Below, one piece after another: positions 25,983 to 39,308 of a DNA stretch of 64,000 nucleotides; within the stretch, counting starts at the first letter, position 1; each line of letters starts with the position of its first letter. The DNA is taken from assembly GCF_037042905.1 (NCBI RefSeq), contig NC_087260.1, positions 3,596,001 through 3,660,000 on the forward strand, read 5' to 3'. The stretch is from Lytechinus pictus. Taxonomy: Eukaryota. The translations under genes were made by a program, and so were the position numbers. The notes beneath the pieces are model-generated. The model did no database searches. It saw only the letters and a program-made list of their open reading frames with translations, and was not told the origin of the DNA.

Positions 25983-27944
25983 CTTCCCATTACCCAGTAA
26001 ACATACCCATTGACTCTTTCCTCCTTCGGGTGTTGTCCCTGTCTTATATACTTAGTCAAGGCATCTCGTCCATGATCAGTACCGTCATCGTCGTCGACAT
26101 CGAGATAGACGTCAACATCAACAGACTGACCGGATGCCACAAATGGAGCCTTTGGACCTGGATTAATTCAATATTTTATGTTGTCAATTTATGACTTCAT
26201 CATGAACCGCCCCCCCCCCCCTCCATGTACAAGCAACCAAGCAGCCTATTACCCTATATTCCTATTCCAACCTGCCAATAGGCTGTACCTTTGTGTCTTC
26301 AACAAAAAGAGGTATATATAATGGCTGCAAAAGGTATATATAATGGCTGCAATTCAAAAATATGAAACATTGCCATAAAAAATACATAGGTGAATAGATA
26401 AATAGGTAATAAAAACACCCATTCCTTATTCCTACAATACTGAACATATTAGTATATCATAATCCTCCCCCCCCCCCTTCCCAACACCATTACCTCCTTT
26501 TGAAATTCAGGATGATGTCTTGAAAATTCTTGAAGCAATATGATATTTGATTTTAATGTAGCCAACACATAAACCCTATTCAGAAATAACTTGGTCATAA
26601 ATACAACCATATACTTTTGAATGGCTTAAGAAAAGCCACATTCAGCACTAACAAGAATTAAGAAAATGAAAATATTAATTATTCATTAAAAATTAAAAGA
26701 ATGATCAATTATTACCTAATGCTCTGGCATCAGCATTATAAATCCAATAATGTAGAATGCATATCAACATTAAAACTGGTGTAAATGAATTCATCTTTGT
26801 AGATTGTACCACAAGCAAGGAAATGAGAATAAATGAACCTAAAGTCATTCTCAAGAAAACCTTAATAGCTGGCTTTGGCAACAGCTGGTGAAAAGTAAAC
26901 TTCATCAGTACCATGAAACAAAGAGTTTGTTGGTTAAATGCTTGAAGGTAAAAGAAAGTAATTGCAGCAAACAATTATTTCATGAGAAAGCCTTTAAATC
27001 AAGTTATATAACCACCATATTATCACAGATCTAGATCTGATACATTGAAATCGACTCATCTTTATGAAATCATGAAATTTTAGCTAATATCTGATAATTC
27101 TAATGATATCTAAAGGCTTATGTGAGAGTCAGTGTATTAATATTGCTTGGAAAAATATGCGAAATTTTAAGGAATTCCGTGCTTATTTTGCACATTGTTT
27201 TCCAGAGTCAATTGGCACATATTTTTTGTTTATACATACAAACACTTGGGTGGTAACTTTATTGGATTCTGTTTGAACTCATTTTGAGATCGTTCCCACA
27301 ACTGGTATTTATCTTTAAAATGAAAAGCATTGTTGTAGCAATATGCATTAAAACCAATTCCACACAAGTTGCCTGCATATCAATATATAAAAAAAAAATA
27401 AAAAGAGAAAATTGAGGTACTTTGTAGGCCTGGTTGGTTGGTCCCAGATGTAAAATAATCATATCTGATTGATACACATCTGCATAAACTAAATTCTTAC
27501 ATAAATACAGTATACTATACTCTCTCTCACACACATCTTTCACAATAAATGTAAAATAAACAAATCAGGGAAACATGTGTATTCACTCATAGTTGTGTGT
27601 TTATTTCAAGAAAGCACACATTATGTACAAGAGGAATATGGTTTTTATCTAAACTCTACACTCGACTCCTGACATTGTGGGAAATATCTTTAACCCATAG
27701 AGGTACAGTGCCCCCTTTTGGAGATATATTTGCAGTTATGCAAACAATTACATGTGGAAAAAGATGAGTACAGTTTGGGGTGCCGTTCTGGAATATAAGC
27801 CACTTTAACTTGATCAAATTAATCATTACACAGTAGGCAATACGATGAAAAAAATTACCCGAAATGGAAATTGGCAACTTTTCCATAAAATTACCTTATT
27901 AAGTTTGATTCATGTTTTATCCATTTATTTTGTAAAATTATGAA

Positions 27945-28150
27945 TACAAAATTAAAATAAACGATTGTTGCCAATAACCAAAATGTATAAAAAATCAGAG
28001 ATAATTGTTGCCAATTTAATACATTTCAATGATTGCTGCCAATAACCACAATTTATACAAAATTAAAGATTGTTATGCAATTCAATACAAAATTAATGAT
28101 TGTTGCCAATTTAATACAAAAACAAGAATTTTTGCCAATTTGAGGAGCAA
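27945..28150. repeat. Degenerate minisatellite
   Basis: GATTGTTGCCAAT...ACAAAATT units. Confidence 0.75.
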
Positions 28151-28434
28151 AAATTATGATTTTGACGTTGTGAAAAATGCATACCTCTATGGGTTAAATG
28201 AAGCAAGCATTCTGACCCGTCTCTCATGTTTATTTCATACACATAAGTTACTAATATCATTTCTTTTCAATTAAAATATGATCTCTCAAACTGGGTTTAC
28301 TGTACACTATAATAAAGAAAATAAAGTGAAAATTATTTTTTTACATTAATACTCGTAACACAAAGTACAAAAATGAACATGTACCCAAAAAAAGTTTCAT
28401 TCCCCAATGAAAACCTATAATTTTATAATAAATA

Positions 28435-28705
28435 AGGTGTCGTGGTCTAGTGGATATGCCTTTAGACTGTAGGTTTAGGGTTCAAATCCTGCTGTGGAAT
28501 TAATGTCCTTTGGCAAGGCATTGATTTCCATTTGCCACACTCAACCCAGGTGAAATAAAAGGAAACCAGGGATTTATTCCTTAAAAAAGCTTTATAGTGT
28601 CTTATTACAAATCTATGCTAAAGCTGGGGTACTAATCATGGAGTATCAGTTTCATATCTGACAGACAACAAACGAAAAAATGCACTATAATCATGATCAT
28701 TATTC
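28435..28705 (+). mobile_element. tRNA-derived SINE, older copy of the same family
   Basis: TGGTCTAGTGG, GGTTCAAATCC, CACTCAACCCAGGTG, GCTAAAGCTGGGG. Confidence 0.8.
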
Positions 28706-28922
28706 TATAGACTTGTGGGCTGAGAAGTTTAGATACAATTGGATGGTTCCTTTAAAGCAGTAGGTGAAAATATTGTTTTATAGCCTTAAGACAAGTTTTT
28801 CGACAAGCACTCATCGGAGTACAATTGCATGAATGATTAGAACGCTAGAGCGCTTACATGAACAAAAAGATATTGATTTGAATAGATTTTAATAGAATTC
28901 TTTCAGAGATGAAAATGCATGT

Positions 28923-29192
28923 GGAGCGTTGTGGCCCAGTGGATTAGTCTCTGACTTTGAAACAGAGGGTCGTGGGTTCAAATCCCAGCCATGGCGTAAT
29001 TTCCTTCAACAAGAAATTTATCCACATTGTGCTGCACTCAACCCAGGTGAGGTGAATGGGTACCCGGCAGGATTAATTCCTTGAATGCACGAGTGCTGAA
29101 AGGCAGCTCGAGCTAAAGCCGGGGGAATAACAACGCGCCTCGGAATAGAATATTTCTTGATAGACGGCACTATATAAATGCATATTATTATT
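28923..29192 (+). mobile_element. tRNA-derived SINE with CORE-like body
   Basis: A box TGGCCCAGTGG, B box GGTTCAAATCC, central CACTCAACCCAGGTG...AATGGGTACC, (ATT)n tail. Confidence 0.9.
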
Positions 29193-30010
29193 CTGTTAAC
29201 TTTATTTTCCCCTTATGATTTTAAAGTTCTTTTTTTAACCGGTTGCCTCTACATCTGTGCAAGAAAAAAAAATTGAACACTGAACAAAAATCACTCCAAT
29301 ACCAACCACGATCAGCTTCATATGAATATAAATTAAGCTAGTTTCCCTTTTTTCCCCCCTTCAGTTCCCCTGGAATAATTCTGCATTTCTGCTATGGAAT
29401 CGTACATCTTTTATCAACACAATGATTTCTACTATCATTCACATACAAAAATTCAAACAAAAACATCAAATATGGGTAACACATGGGCCTAATCACATAA
29501 TCTTTTACCATAATAAAACAATGAAGTGACATTATTACAATGTATCTTTTCGAAATTAGGGTAAATGATTATTTTTTAAAGAAAATCATTAAAGTAATCT
29601 TGGATCCATTAGCTTTCTATACTGTACATTTAAAAATTTCATGTATTGATATATACAGAATTCTTTTTAATAGAAATTCTGAGTAAAATATGCACAAATT
29701 CTGTGCATCATTCATACTAAAATAAACTAGACCATAGATATGATTAAATTGAAGATATCTCTTACTCATGACAATGTTTAAAGATGTGAAGGTAAAGGGT
29801 GACAACTGTTTAATTCAAAGATGATCTTATCCCCAGGGAAATGATTAATGCCTTGTTTTTAGTACATTTTTCTAGTATGTCTAACCTTTATTTTCCTTAT
29901 TTTTATACATTTGGCCTTAAAATTATCACAAAATTTTTTTATCATAGAAAATACAATTTTCTGTGAAAAAGCGTGTATTTTGTGTTACATTGCCTATTCT
30001 GTCTTCTGTA

Positions 30011-30175
30011 CCACTGAAAACTGGGGACTTTATTTTGAATGACAAAATAAGTATCACCGAAAACTGGGGAAATTAGTTTTAAATGACACAAAAATTATCA
30101 CTGAAAACTGGGAACTTTACTTTGAATGACGCAATAAGTATTACTGAAAACAGAGGACTTTAGCTTGAATGACTC
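30011..30175. repeat. ~45-bp minisatellite, about 3.5 units
   Basis: CACTGAAAACTGGGGACTTTATTTTGAATGAC units. Confidence 0.85.
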
Positions 30176-30599
30176 ATTAGAAAACAAAAATTAATGTTGA
30201 TGTTATCTTATTTGACAGTAATAAGAAATTCACCACTTAGACTCTGAATTTTATGACCCCATACTTATCATTTACAAATACATTTTTTAACACGTTGGAG
30301 AGTGAATGATATATGCATATGCATATATGTTAGAATCCTGAACTATATACTTCATAAATTATAATTCTCTTCTTTTACTGTTTGTGTAATACGTCTACAG
30401 TATTTTACAATTTCTGTGTTCAGCATATCATAAAGGATACGACTTCTTTTTGTCCGATTTCTGCAAATTTTTTTGCAAATATAAAGATAGATGACTGCAA
30501 ATTTAACTACTTACATAATGAATTATAAAAGAGCTTGTCAGAATTCACTATATCTAATTAACAATGGATGTTTAAAAAGAAAGTGGAGTGTGACATCAT

Positions 30600-30850
30600 G
30601 GCCCCGTCTTACCGAGTGTTAGGATTGATTCGATCTACCTCAAATGTATGGAAAGCCATCAATGTCATATTTTTCTACTACAGGAAATTTGCCCAATTTC
30701 CTTTTCAAACAAGGAGAATATCACACTGAATTTGCGAGAAATCAATGAATGTATGAATATACTGCATATCTAGACGTATTTTGAACAAACATGCATTTTA
30801 GACGTTGAAGTTAGTGGTTGATCGGATCAATCGCGAGTCTTTGAAGGGTC
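30600..30850. mobile_element. MITE family H, degenerate
   Basis: GGCCCCGTCTTAC start and an internal sequence that aligns with 41381-41649 in reverse. Confidence 0.72.
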
Positions 30851-33144
30851 CACCCTTGCCAAGTGGCAATGTGAACATGGAATGTATCAGCTAATCTTGT
30901 TGAAGAATACGCAGTACTTAGCGTGCATCTTGAGCATAATATGACCATGCAGTGACCATACTGAACACAACAAGGAATTATGATTAAACAGCAACTTCAA
31001 GTAACATTCAACTCTTTGTGAAAACTCCCCCTGATCTTCTACTTGTATCTCATCTAAGAATTTTTTTTTTTTTTAAGATTTCAAATAGAATCTGCTTTAT
31101 CTTCTCCATGCAACATTTCAGTATATAAAACAAGTACAAAGTAATATAGTGATCTATATTGTAACGTGATCATTTCATAATTCCTTTTCGATTGCTGTTC
31201 TGATAAATTTGTCATAATGACATCCCCCCCCCCACGCTTTCACAAGGAGCAAACATGAGTTGCAATCAATCCCAATTTGATTTTCAACCAAAAAATTACG
31301 TGTTTAGGATGTGCTCTAGATATAAGAAACTCTTCCTGCATGGGTGCTTCATGTACTGCTAGATGAAAGATGTTCATAAAACACTGTCCCGGGCTAATTT
31401 TGAGCTCCTCAACCAAAATTTTCTATACAGTTTACATTGGATCTTCTGGCATTTTCAGGGGCTCTTAAGGGCATTTAGGGGGCAAATTAGCCCCGAGCCC
31501 CCGTACAAAGATAAATTAGACTGGGGCATATTTTTTAGTGATTGCTGTAAAGAATTATATTACTTTTGAACAACAGTGTATATGGCTGTTCACCAAAATA
31601 ACACAAGCTATGAGCTACACAGACAAAAGATGATGTTGGTGTTAGTGTCAGGGGAAAACCCAAACACTATCTGTACACTCAAAATCAGGCTCAAGCTAGG
31701 ATTGGCGTCACTCAGTGTTGAGCTGGGAAGTGTTAATCTAGACACCCAGTCAAAGCTGGTGTTTAGTATCTCAGTCTGCAGCGAGCACTCAACAACAAAA
31801 CACTATGCTTGAAAATCAATGATGTTTCATCAAAATTTCTTGTATTTTTCACAACCATGCCTGCCAAATTTCATACCCTGAGCCTTCACCGAGCCTGATT
31901 TAAAACAGAAAATCCTAACTATGGAAAACCAGGGATGTCATATTTTTTCATCTTATAGGGTGTACACACTGCTTATGGTGTACACAATTGCACGCACACA
32001 CACAACCACACACAAACATCTCTGCATAGCACTTTGCTCAGACACATCCATTCTCAATAACAAATAATACTATCACTGGTTTTCCATAGTTGAACTACAC
32101 GACACTATAAGATATTCCATTTTCCATACAACCCACCTAAAAATAAAGTGCTTTCCCCCTTTTCAAATTTCTTTTGATTTTCACTGAATTGTTTTGAAAT
32201 TAGCATAGATTATTCTTTTATAGTTGTTTAAAAATTAAAATTTGGTAATAATTCTCACCAAAAGTATGCTCATTGTAAATTGACAAGGTTAATGCAAGTG
32301 GCACTGCAATATATTAAACGTTCACAGCAAACAGTATTTCAATCTCTCAGTATAGATATATCTTTTTTTTTTTCAATAAAACTGTCTCTAGACATGTACA
32401 ATATTATGTTCCCAACGACAAGTCCCCAACAAAACTCTTGTTACATTAAATATTATAGACTCTAGAACATATCACTTACCATGCAACAACAAAAAATTAG
32501 AAAAACTATTGGAAGAGAAAATTGGGCTAGGCAACCAGGAGTCTTTTGTCTCGATTGGGTAGAGGAATGTAAGAACTTGACCCCATTATCCATTTTAATA
32601 TTACTTTGAAAAACATTGACCTTTTGTATGATACTTGAAGGAATGGGCAATAATTTCTATCACAAGTTTACAAAGGTCACATCTATACATATTAATATAA
32701 TAAGTTGATCTAAAGGCACGTTGTTCCACTCCGAGAATCCCGAGTCCGAGCTCAACTGAGCAAATCTCTACTTCATAATGTCAGCTTATCTAGCAAAAGC
32801 ACTCCTTCCTGAAATAAAGAAATCACCTCAGCTCATCTCTGCAAACACTTCAACAGTTCTTCTGGTTTTCAACAAATCCTTTTGTTTTTTCCTTGCTCCT
32901 CACTTTCTTCATCTGTAATGAAATACCCTACACGCTCGCTCAATGGGTTTCACAATACAACGTAGGTCCAATCGATTCTTGGTTGACACAAGTCCTGAAA
33001 CTGAAATAGCCTCACTATCAAACCAAGATGAAAGCCATCGCGCATATTCAGTCTGTGAAGCATAGTCTTTGTAGGGTACATCAAGGCTGATCGAAGAGTT
33101 TATGATATAAAAGGCGATTGGACAAAAAAACGGAAGACTGTGTA

Positions 33145-33297
33145 TTAGACTTGGAATGATTCACGACTTGATTCGTCACTGTCGGTGTCGAGTAACGAGC
33201 TGGGCGTGTCGGTAGCACCCCGTGATGGGCCTGCATCTGAGTAGGAACTTAAACTCGATGATTGGGAGATGGCCAGGTCAGCGGTCGCTAAGGCAAC
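33145..33297 (-). CDS. TFDP1: DP last coding exon 11 (Ser/acidic tail, ...DTPSSLLDTDSDESSRESFQV*)
   Basis: Acceptor gtgtttcag|, phase 0, stop TAA. The summed exons give 1455 nt (484 aa). Probably the single invertebrate TFDP1/2 co-ortholog. Confidence 0.85.
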   Translation of the reverse strand, partial: VALATADLAISQSSSLSSYSDAGPSRGATDTPSSLLDTDSDESSRESFQV

Positions 33298-33411
33298 CTG
33301 AAACACCAAACATTTTGATAATATCAATTGAATGGACAATTCATTGTCAACAAGACAATATTGAAAATTATGTGAAACACCACTCTAAGAATATATTATA
33401 AATCATCTAAA

Positions 33412-34017
33412 TTAAAGGGATACTCCGGGCTGAAAATATTTATATCTAAATAAATAGAGTAAAATTCACAGAGCAAAACGCTGAAAATTTCATCAAAATC
33501 GGATAACAAATAACAAAGTTATTGCATTTTAAAATATAGCAATACTTTTTTTTAATAGTTATACGAACGTCATCATGAATATTAATGAGGTTGGTTGATG
33601 ATGTCACATCCCCACTTTCCTTTTTCTCATATTACAGGAAATCATAATTGTTTCATTTTTCCATACATGTGTGAATGATGTGTCTCCCTTATAATGAACT
33701 AAGTTGCAGCAATGAATGTCTAATACACTAAATCATTTGTCAATCCAATGTTTTAGTTCTTGATAGAAAAAAATTGTTGAATAAACCCGATTTCATCTAA
33801 TAAACTACAAAAGAACAAGTGGGGATATGACATCATCAGTTTGCTCAATTAATATTCATGAAGATATGCCGAGAACTGTTTGACCGGAATAATGCAAATC
33901 TTTTAAAATGCCATAGCTTTCTTATTCCTTGTCCGATTTTGATGAAATTTTCAGCATTTTGATCTGTGAATTTATTTAGTTATAAATTATTATTTTCAGC
34001 CCAAAGCATCCCTTCAA
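33412..34017. mobile_element. Kolobok/T2-type MITE, family B
   Basis: TTAA-AGGGATACTCCGGGCTGAAAA...TTTTCAGCCCAAAGCATCCCT-TCAA; shares the subterminal AAAATTTCATCAAAATCGG motif with family A. Confidence 0.82.
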
Positions 34018-34813
34018 TGGAAAAAAATTGTCAACAAAAAATTTTTCAAATATGATACAATGATCAAACAATATATTGGATAATCCATATCAATGTATGA
34101 GTTATCTTGCTGGGAGTTTTGTAACAAGCCCACATTCCATCTCGGGTCCCTGTGACACAAAACTTTGTTATTGACTCCAAATATGACAGGACAATTCTCA
34201 TTGGTTCATGGTCAGTGATTTAAACCGAGTGAGCATGCAACGATGAGCATGATTGGCCATGACCATTTAGCGAGTGATTGCAAGCTTTTATGTACATGGA
34301 GATATGTCTTTTTTTCTGCAGGTTCCACAGTAATGCCCCAACTCATGTAGAAATACATGGTAGAGAAAAACTTATCCATGGCTTTCAACTAAAGGAAGAC
34401 AAATTCCTTGTCTTAATCCCCCCACACACACACACGTTTGGCAACAATCATTTCCTGACTTTGCTGAAGTATCCAGGGGGCATCAAGTCACACATTACTT
34501 TCCAAATGACTTGTGACCTTTTCTTCTGCCAAATGATATATTCCTAAGTAACCAACTTAGCAACTGAGAACAAGTTCAGGTTACATGGAAAGTTGTGCGC
34601 TAATTTGAGAACAGCTTTTTTAAAAACACCGCCAAAGGCAATGGAGGGGGAGCGTTCCACAAAGAGTTAAGTAGGACTTATAGTCGCACTTAAATACACA
34701 GTTGCACATGGTATAAAAGGCATCACAATAATGATAATATCATACCAAGATGTGCATTTCTGCTCATATTAATCAATAAGATGGCGCATTACATATCATG
34801 TGAACATCGGCAT

Positions 34814-35408
34814 TTAAAGGAAAATGAAACCTTTGAAACAAGATAGCTTGCGTGAAAACAGAAAAATCAAAGAAACAGATCAACGCAAGTTTGAGAAAAC
34901 GTGAATAACTAATAAGAAAGTTATGAGCATTTGAAGTTTAGATCATTATTGCAATGTACATGTAGATCCTCTAATTGGCAATGCGACAAAGAGGTGTGAT
35001 GTCACATGTGAACAACTTTTCCATTACTTTTGTATTTGTTTCACTTAAACTGCCTTTTTTATCACTTCTATCAGTAGATCATGTATTCTTTCTATAGGAG
35101 GGCATGTAATACAGATTTTTAAAGAATACATTATGGATAAAGAGTTTGATCACCATAAGAAAGAGCAAAAAGAGACATTTTGGGGTATTTCATAGTCCAT
35201 CATAGGGAAAGTTGTTCACATGTGACATCACACATCTTTGTCGCATTGACAATGCAAGGATCTCCGTAGCATTAGTGATCGCAACATTCTCATGCTCATA
35301 ACTTTCTAAATATTTGTCTGATTTTTCTGAAACTGTCTTTGATCTTATTCTTTGATTTTTCTCTTTCCACACAAGCCCACTTGTTCCAAAGGTTTCATTC
35401 TCCTTTAA
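34814..35408. mobile_element. Kolobok/T2-type MITE, family C variant, nested in a family F MITE
   Basis: TTAA-AGGAAAATGAAACC...GGTTTCATTCTCCT-TTAA. Confidence 0.88.
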
Positions 35409-35429
35409 GCACCACTCTACAAGTCAAAC

Positions 35430-36203
35430 TTAACCCTAATTCTCCTGGGGGGGGGGGGCCATAATGGCCCCCCTTGACAATTTTCGCGATGTATCTGCTG
35501 CGCAAATTTTTTTACCTCGCCGCTAACTGACTTTTTACTTTCAAGTCTTGCGCAAATTTTGAGTACAAATTTGTGACGCCCGGGAACGCGGTTACGACAT
35601 TACGCAACATTATGTAAGTGCATGTCAGACCCAAAATTGATCATATACGTGATTGCATGTACAAATCCAATGCAAATTGTGTATTTAGCCAAAATTCATA
35701 AATGTATCATTATTTCTACTTTTACTGATTAAACTTAATTAATTTTGCCTAGTTTGTGATCAGGATTAAGTCTGGAACGATTTCCATCAAAAAAACAATA
35801 AAAAAACAAAGAAATACATAAGAAATTAAAAAAACAAAAAAAATACATAAGAAATCAGTCTTGGTACCTGAATTTTTTTCATTCACAATTGTTAGGAATG
35901 TTATAAAGAATATTTTCACAAAAAAATAGCATTCTAGGAGCTTTATTTAGTGAATCAGAGCAGAAAGTATGATTTCATTAATAAATTAGCATAATTAATT
36001 CATATAAAATAAAAATATATGAATTCAGTGAAATTTACCAATGCAACTGCGTAGATTAGGTCATTCTCTACCATCATGCAAATTTTCGTTGTGATCGCGC
36101 AATCCGCGGCTGAGATCTTAAGGGGGGGCCATAATAGCCCCCCCCCCCCCCCCCCCCCCCGGGAATGACAAGAATCAAAATACCCCGGGAGATTTAGGTT
36201 TAA
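35430..36203. mobile_element. piggyBac-like non-autonomous element nested in a family F MITE
   Basis: TTAA-CCCTAATTCTCCTGGG...CCCGGGAGATTTAGGT-TTAA; subterminal GGGGGGCCATAATRGCCCCCC at both ends. Confidence 0.85.
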
Positions 36204-36287
36204 CTCTTTGTAAAACACCGCCCCACATCAAATAAAGAAAAAAATAATCAAGCATGAAATAAACAATGTAATGTTATGCAATGTTAC

Positions 36288-36439
36288 CTCTGCATCAACA
36301 GAATGTGAGAGCGGAACAGCAAGGGGCGAGAACTGAGGATCACCCGGTAGGTGAGGCTTTGAAGCACTCTGGGTATGGATACCACTTGGTCCTGCGATGA
36401 TTGTTGTACTCGACGTGCTCTGGCTCTGCTGGGCCATTT
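36288..36439 (-). CDS. TFDP1: DP coding exon 10 (EMAQQSQST...HSVDAE)
   Basis: Acceptor ttgttttcag|, donor GAG|gtaaca; 152 nt, phase 1->0. EMAQ continues the DP1 alignment. Confidence 0.88.
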
Positions 36440-36585
36440 CTGAAAACAAATATATAGTGATAGATCTGTATCAACCAGAGTAATTTAGGCGTGACAACTG
36501 GGTAATTTTCATTGATTGGGTAACAATATAAGTAATGGGTATAACAAATAACAGAGTAAAAGCACCGGTGTGCTGAAACAGTAAG

Positions 36586-36840
36586 CACCGGTGTGTTGGC
36601 TCAGTTAGTTGAGCGTCTGTCTCACAACCGGGAGTTCAAACCCCGGCCGCGTCAGACCAAAAGACGTTAAAAGATGGGAGTTGCTGCTACCCTGTTTGGC
36701 GTTCAACGATTAAAGAAATAGAGCCTCGTCGATCTGGCTTTGCACAGCGGCTGCTGGGCCCACGATCAATTGGGCAAAGCAAATTTTCTGAGTATTTCGT
36801 TTCATGTCTATTTCGAACAATAAATTAAAAAATATGGATT
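36586..36840 (+). mobile_element. tRNA-derived SINE with Meta-type central domain
   Basis: A box TGGCTCAGTTAG, B box GTTCAAACC, then GTCAGACCAAAAGACGTTAAAAGATGGGAGTTGCTGCTACCCTGTTTGGCGTTCAACG, which resembles the MetaSINE domain as I recall it. Confidence 0.75.
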
Positions 36841-37460
36841 TTAAAAAGAAACGAGATAAATTCAAAGTTTTTTTTTATGCAGAGGTTCCAGCCCTATTAA
36901 GCTCCTTTGAATGGTGACATTTCAATCATATGCGACCAACCACCCCAAAACCAACAATAAGTTGCCAGGTAAGGTCCTCTGTAAATAGCTAAAACAGTAA
37001 TTTGGTCTTCAAAAAAGCAAAAAATTTATTGAAAAATTAGCTTATATGAAAGAGCAATTCTTCTTCATACTGTCAAAATTTTAAGTTGTAAAGTTGAATA
37101 GGTAACAAAAAAAATACAAGTTTCTTTGACACAAGTTTTTGCTGATTGCTTTTTAAAGTTTCATTGTGATTGCACAGTGTGCACATCTCATGCTTGAGTG
37201 AACCCTGAACTTCAAACATTGTTTTGTGAATCTTTCGCTTGGTTTCTTCTATATTCGATCAAGTACTAATGTAGGCTATTATTGATCAATTTGACAAGTT
37301 GTATATCAATTTACAGCTTAGGATGTGCTTTTTAAAAACTCAATAAAGATCTACGAACTTGTTTTTGGTGACTTATTGTTGGGTTTGGGGAGACTGGTCA
37401 CATATCAAATTGATACACTCCTGTAAAAACTCAATTACACACAGACACACACATACTAAC

Positions 37461-37627
37461 CTGCAAGGTAAGGTTCTAACGTCTTGGGTATCATTGTCTT
37501 GGCCCTCTCTAGATCACTAAGAGTACATTGACCTTTCTCCAGTCCATACGCCATACCCATTCGCTTTAATACCTCAATGTCGTCATGGATTTGAAAGGTG
37601 TCATTGAAGTTGAAAAGATACTCATAC
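37461..37627 (-). CDS. TFDP1: DP coding exon 9
   Basis: [34 protein letters not shown]...[10 protein letters not shown]; acceptor gacttcag|, donor G|gttagt; 167 nt, phase 2->1. Confidence 0.96.
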
Positions 37628-37680
37628 CTGAAGTCAAAGTGTAAAAAAAAAAATGTTGAATGTTTGTTGTATGGTCGTAT

Positions 37681-37992
37681 ATTAGGGCATTCTTGCAATC
37701 ACTAGGCAGACGCTTTCTATAACAAAGATAATCTTTCGTCCAAAGCCCTTCAATGACAAAACAGCTTTTGTAGAAAATTGGTGAATCAAAACAGCAGTGT
37801 CGTAGTGGACTCCGGGCAAACGACGTATATGCAATTTTTCGTACGTCAAAATCTTCAGATGAAACTGCTGTCCCGGTCCAACACCTTTCGACAAAAACCT
37901 CTCAGCTGTCCATTGTGATTTGCCTCGCACTTTCAAAGAAATTGGTGCGTTGTAGAAAAGTGGCTGCGTGGTGATTGCGAAAATACGCTAGT
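37681..37992. mobile_element. Palindromic MITE (TAGGG-ended family)
   Basis: TAGGGCATTCTTGCAATCACTAGGCAG / CTGCGTGGTGATTGCGAAAATACGCTA. Confidence 0.75.
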
Positions 37993-38276
37993 ATTATTAA
38001 TTCAACTGGCATTTTGCACATGTATCAATAGAGGGTTCCCAAATGGTGTCACAATGGAAGACATAACAATGGGAAACTTGTGTATTAGACCAGAAAAAAA
38101 CAATAATTGATCACTGTTTTATCCCCCAACATGACTAATTTGGGGGTTCCTCTTTAAAAAATATACGTAAATTTCAATGTATTGCAGTTAAAAGTGCATC
38201 AGGGCCTGTAACACAAAGCTTAGGAATCATCATAGAAGACTTTTTAATGATTGATTGTATTGACTACAATGTACAA

Positions 38277-38679
38277 TTAAAGAGAAATTCCAGCAGTTGC
38301 AGTAAACACTGATTTCATGAGAAAGTCTGTAAAACCAGGCTTAATTGTCAGTTTATCATCGAGGATCTAGATCTGGTACAGTTACATAAGCTGAACTTTG
38401 TGAAATCTTGAAATCTACGCTGAAAAATGTTCAGACTGAACTTCCCCAACACAGATAAGCGCACGTGGGACAGTGTATAATTATTGCTTTGAGCGTCGGG
38501 CCTGACGCTCTACCCGAACCCTGTGCTTATTTGCTGATTTCTCAGCAATTACACAATTTCTTCCAGAATCCTTTGGCACATGCGTTTTATTTATACAAAC
38601 AGACACTTTGGTGGTCATTTCATTGGATTCTGTACGAACTCACTTTGATATCGTTACCAAAACTAGCATTTACCTTTAA
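38277..38679. mobile_element. Kolobok-type non-autonomous element, family D, nested in a GGGCC-ended MITE (38201-38722)
   Basis: TTAA-AGAGAAATTCCAG...CTAGCATTTACCT-TTAA. The host has TIRs GGGCCTGTAACACAAAG / CCTTGTGTTACGGGATCC. Confidence 0.78.
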
Positions 38680-39106
38680 TCATGAAAGACTATTAATCAC
38701 TAACCCTTGTGTTACGGGATCCAGGTTGAGCAGCCTGTGTGGAAAAGGCCAACTAAATAGCCTGCAGGCTACCCTCCCCGATGCAACCAAAACCCGTCAT
38801 ATTGCACAATACAGGTATCAATAAGTTATGGAACACAATCCTGAATAATGTATTAAAATTTCAGAAAATGCAGAATGAAATGGGAGACTATTTCAACTAA
38901 TTAGGTCTCACATATTTGGAAATGAACATTGAACAAGAGATGGAAAGTGAAGCATTCAACCTTTCACTCTCCGGTTCCAGCACTCTTCCGAACAGTCCTT
39001 GTCACTCGGAGAGGCACAAAACCCTTCTGTGTCATCGGTACTTTCTTCAGAACTTCAATATCATCTACAAATGCAAACCGTCGAATACCGTCTATATGGT
39101 ACTTAC

Positions 39107-39258
39107 TTATCATTTGATATGCTGCAGTCAATGACAGTCTTCTTGCTTGTGTTGACAATAATATAAGGTAAGTGAATGGCTGAGTTACTGGTTGGCGGAC
39201 TTGCTCCTGTATCTTCTAACCTCTTGTTCCTCGTAACCAGGTTCTTGAAAGCAATTTG
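39107..39258 (-). CDS. TFDP1: DP coding exon 8 (dimerization/marked box)
   Basis: [15 protein letters not shown]...[26 protein letters not shown]; acceptor gattgtag|, donor AA|gtaagt; 152 nt, phase 0->2. Confidence 0.96.
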
Positions 39259-39308
39259 CTACAATCAGAAATAAAGACATGAATTTATGTTACATGGCTA
39301 ATCTTATC

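Noticed and set aside
28923-28995. tRNA gene
   Set aside because: The A/B boxes continue into a SINE body and tail, and no proper acceptor stem forms. The same applies at 28435, 15918 and 36586.
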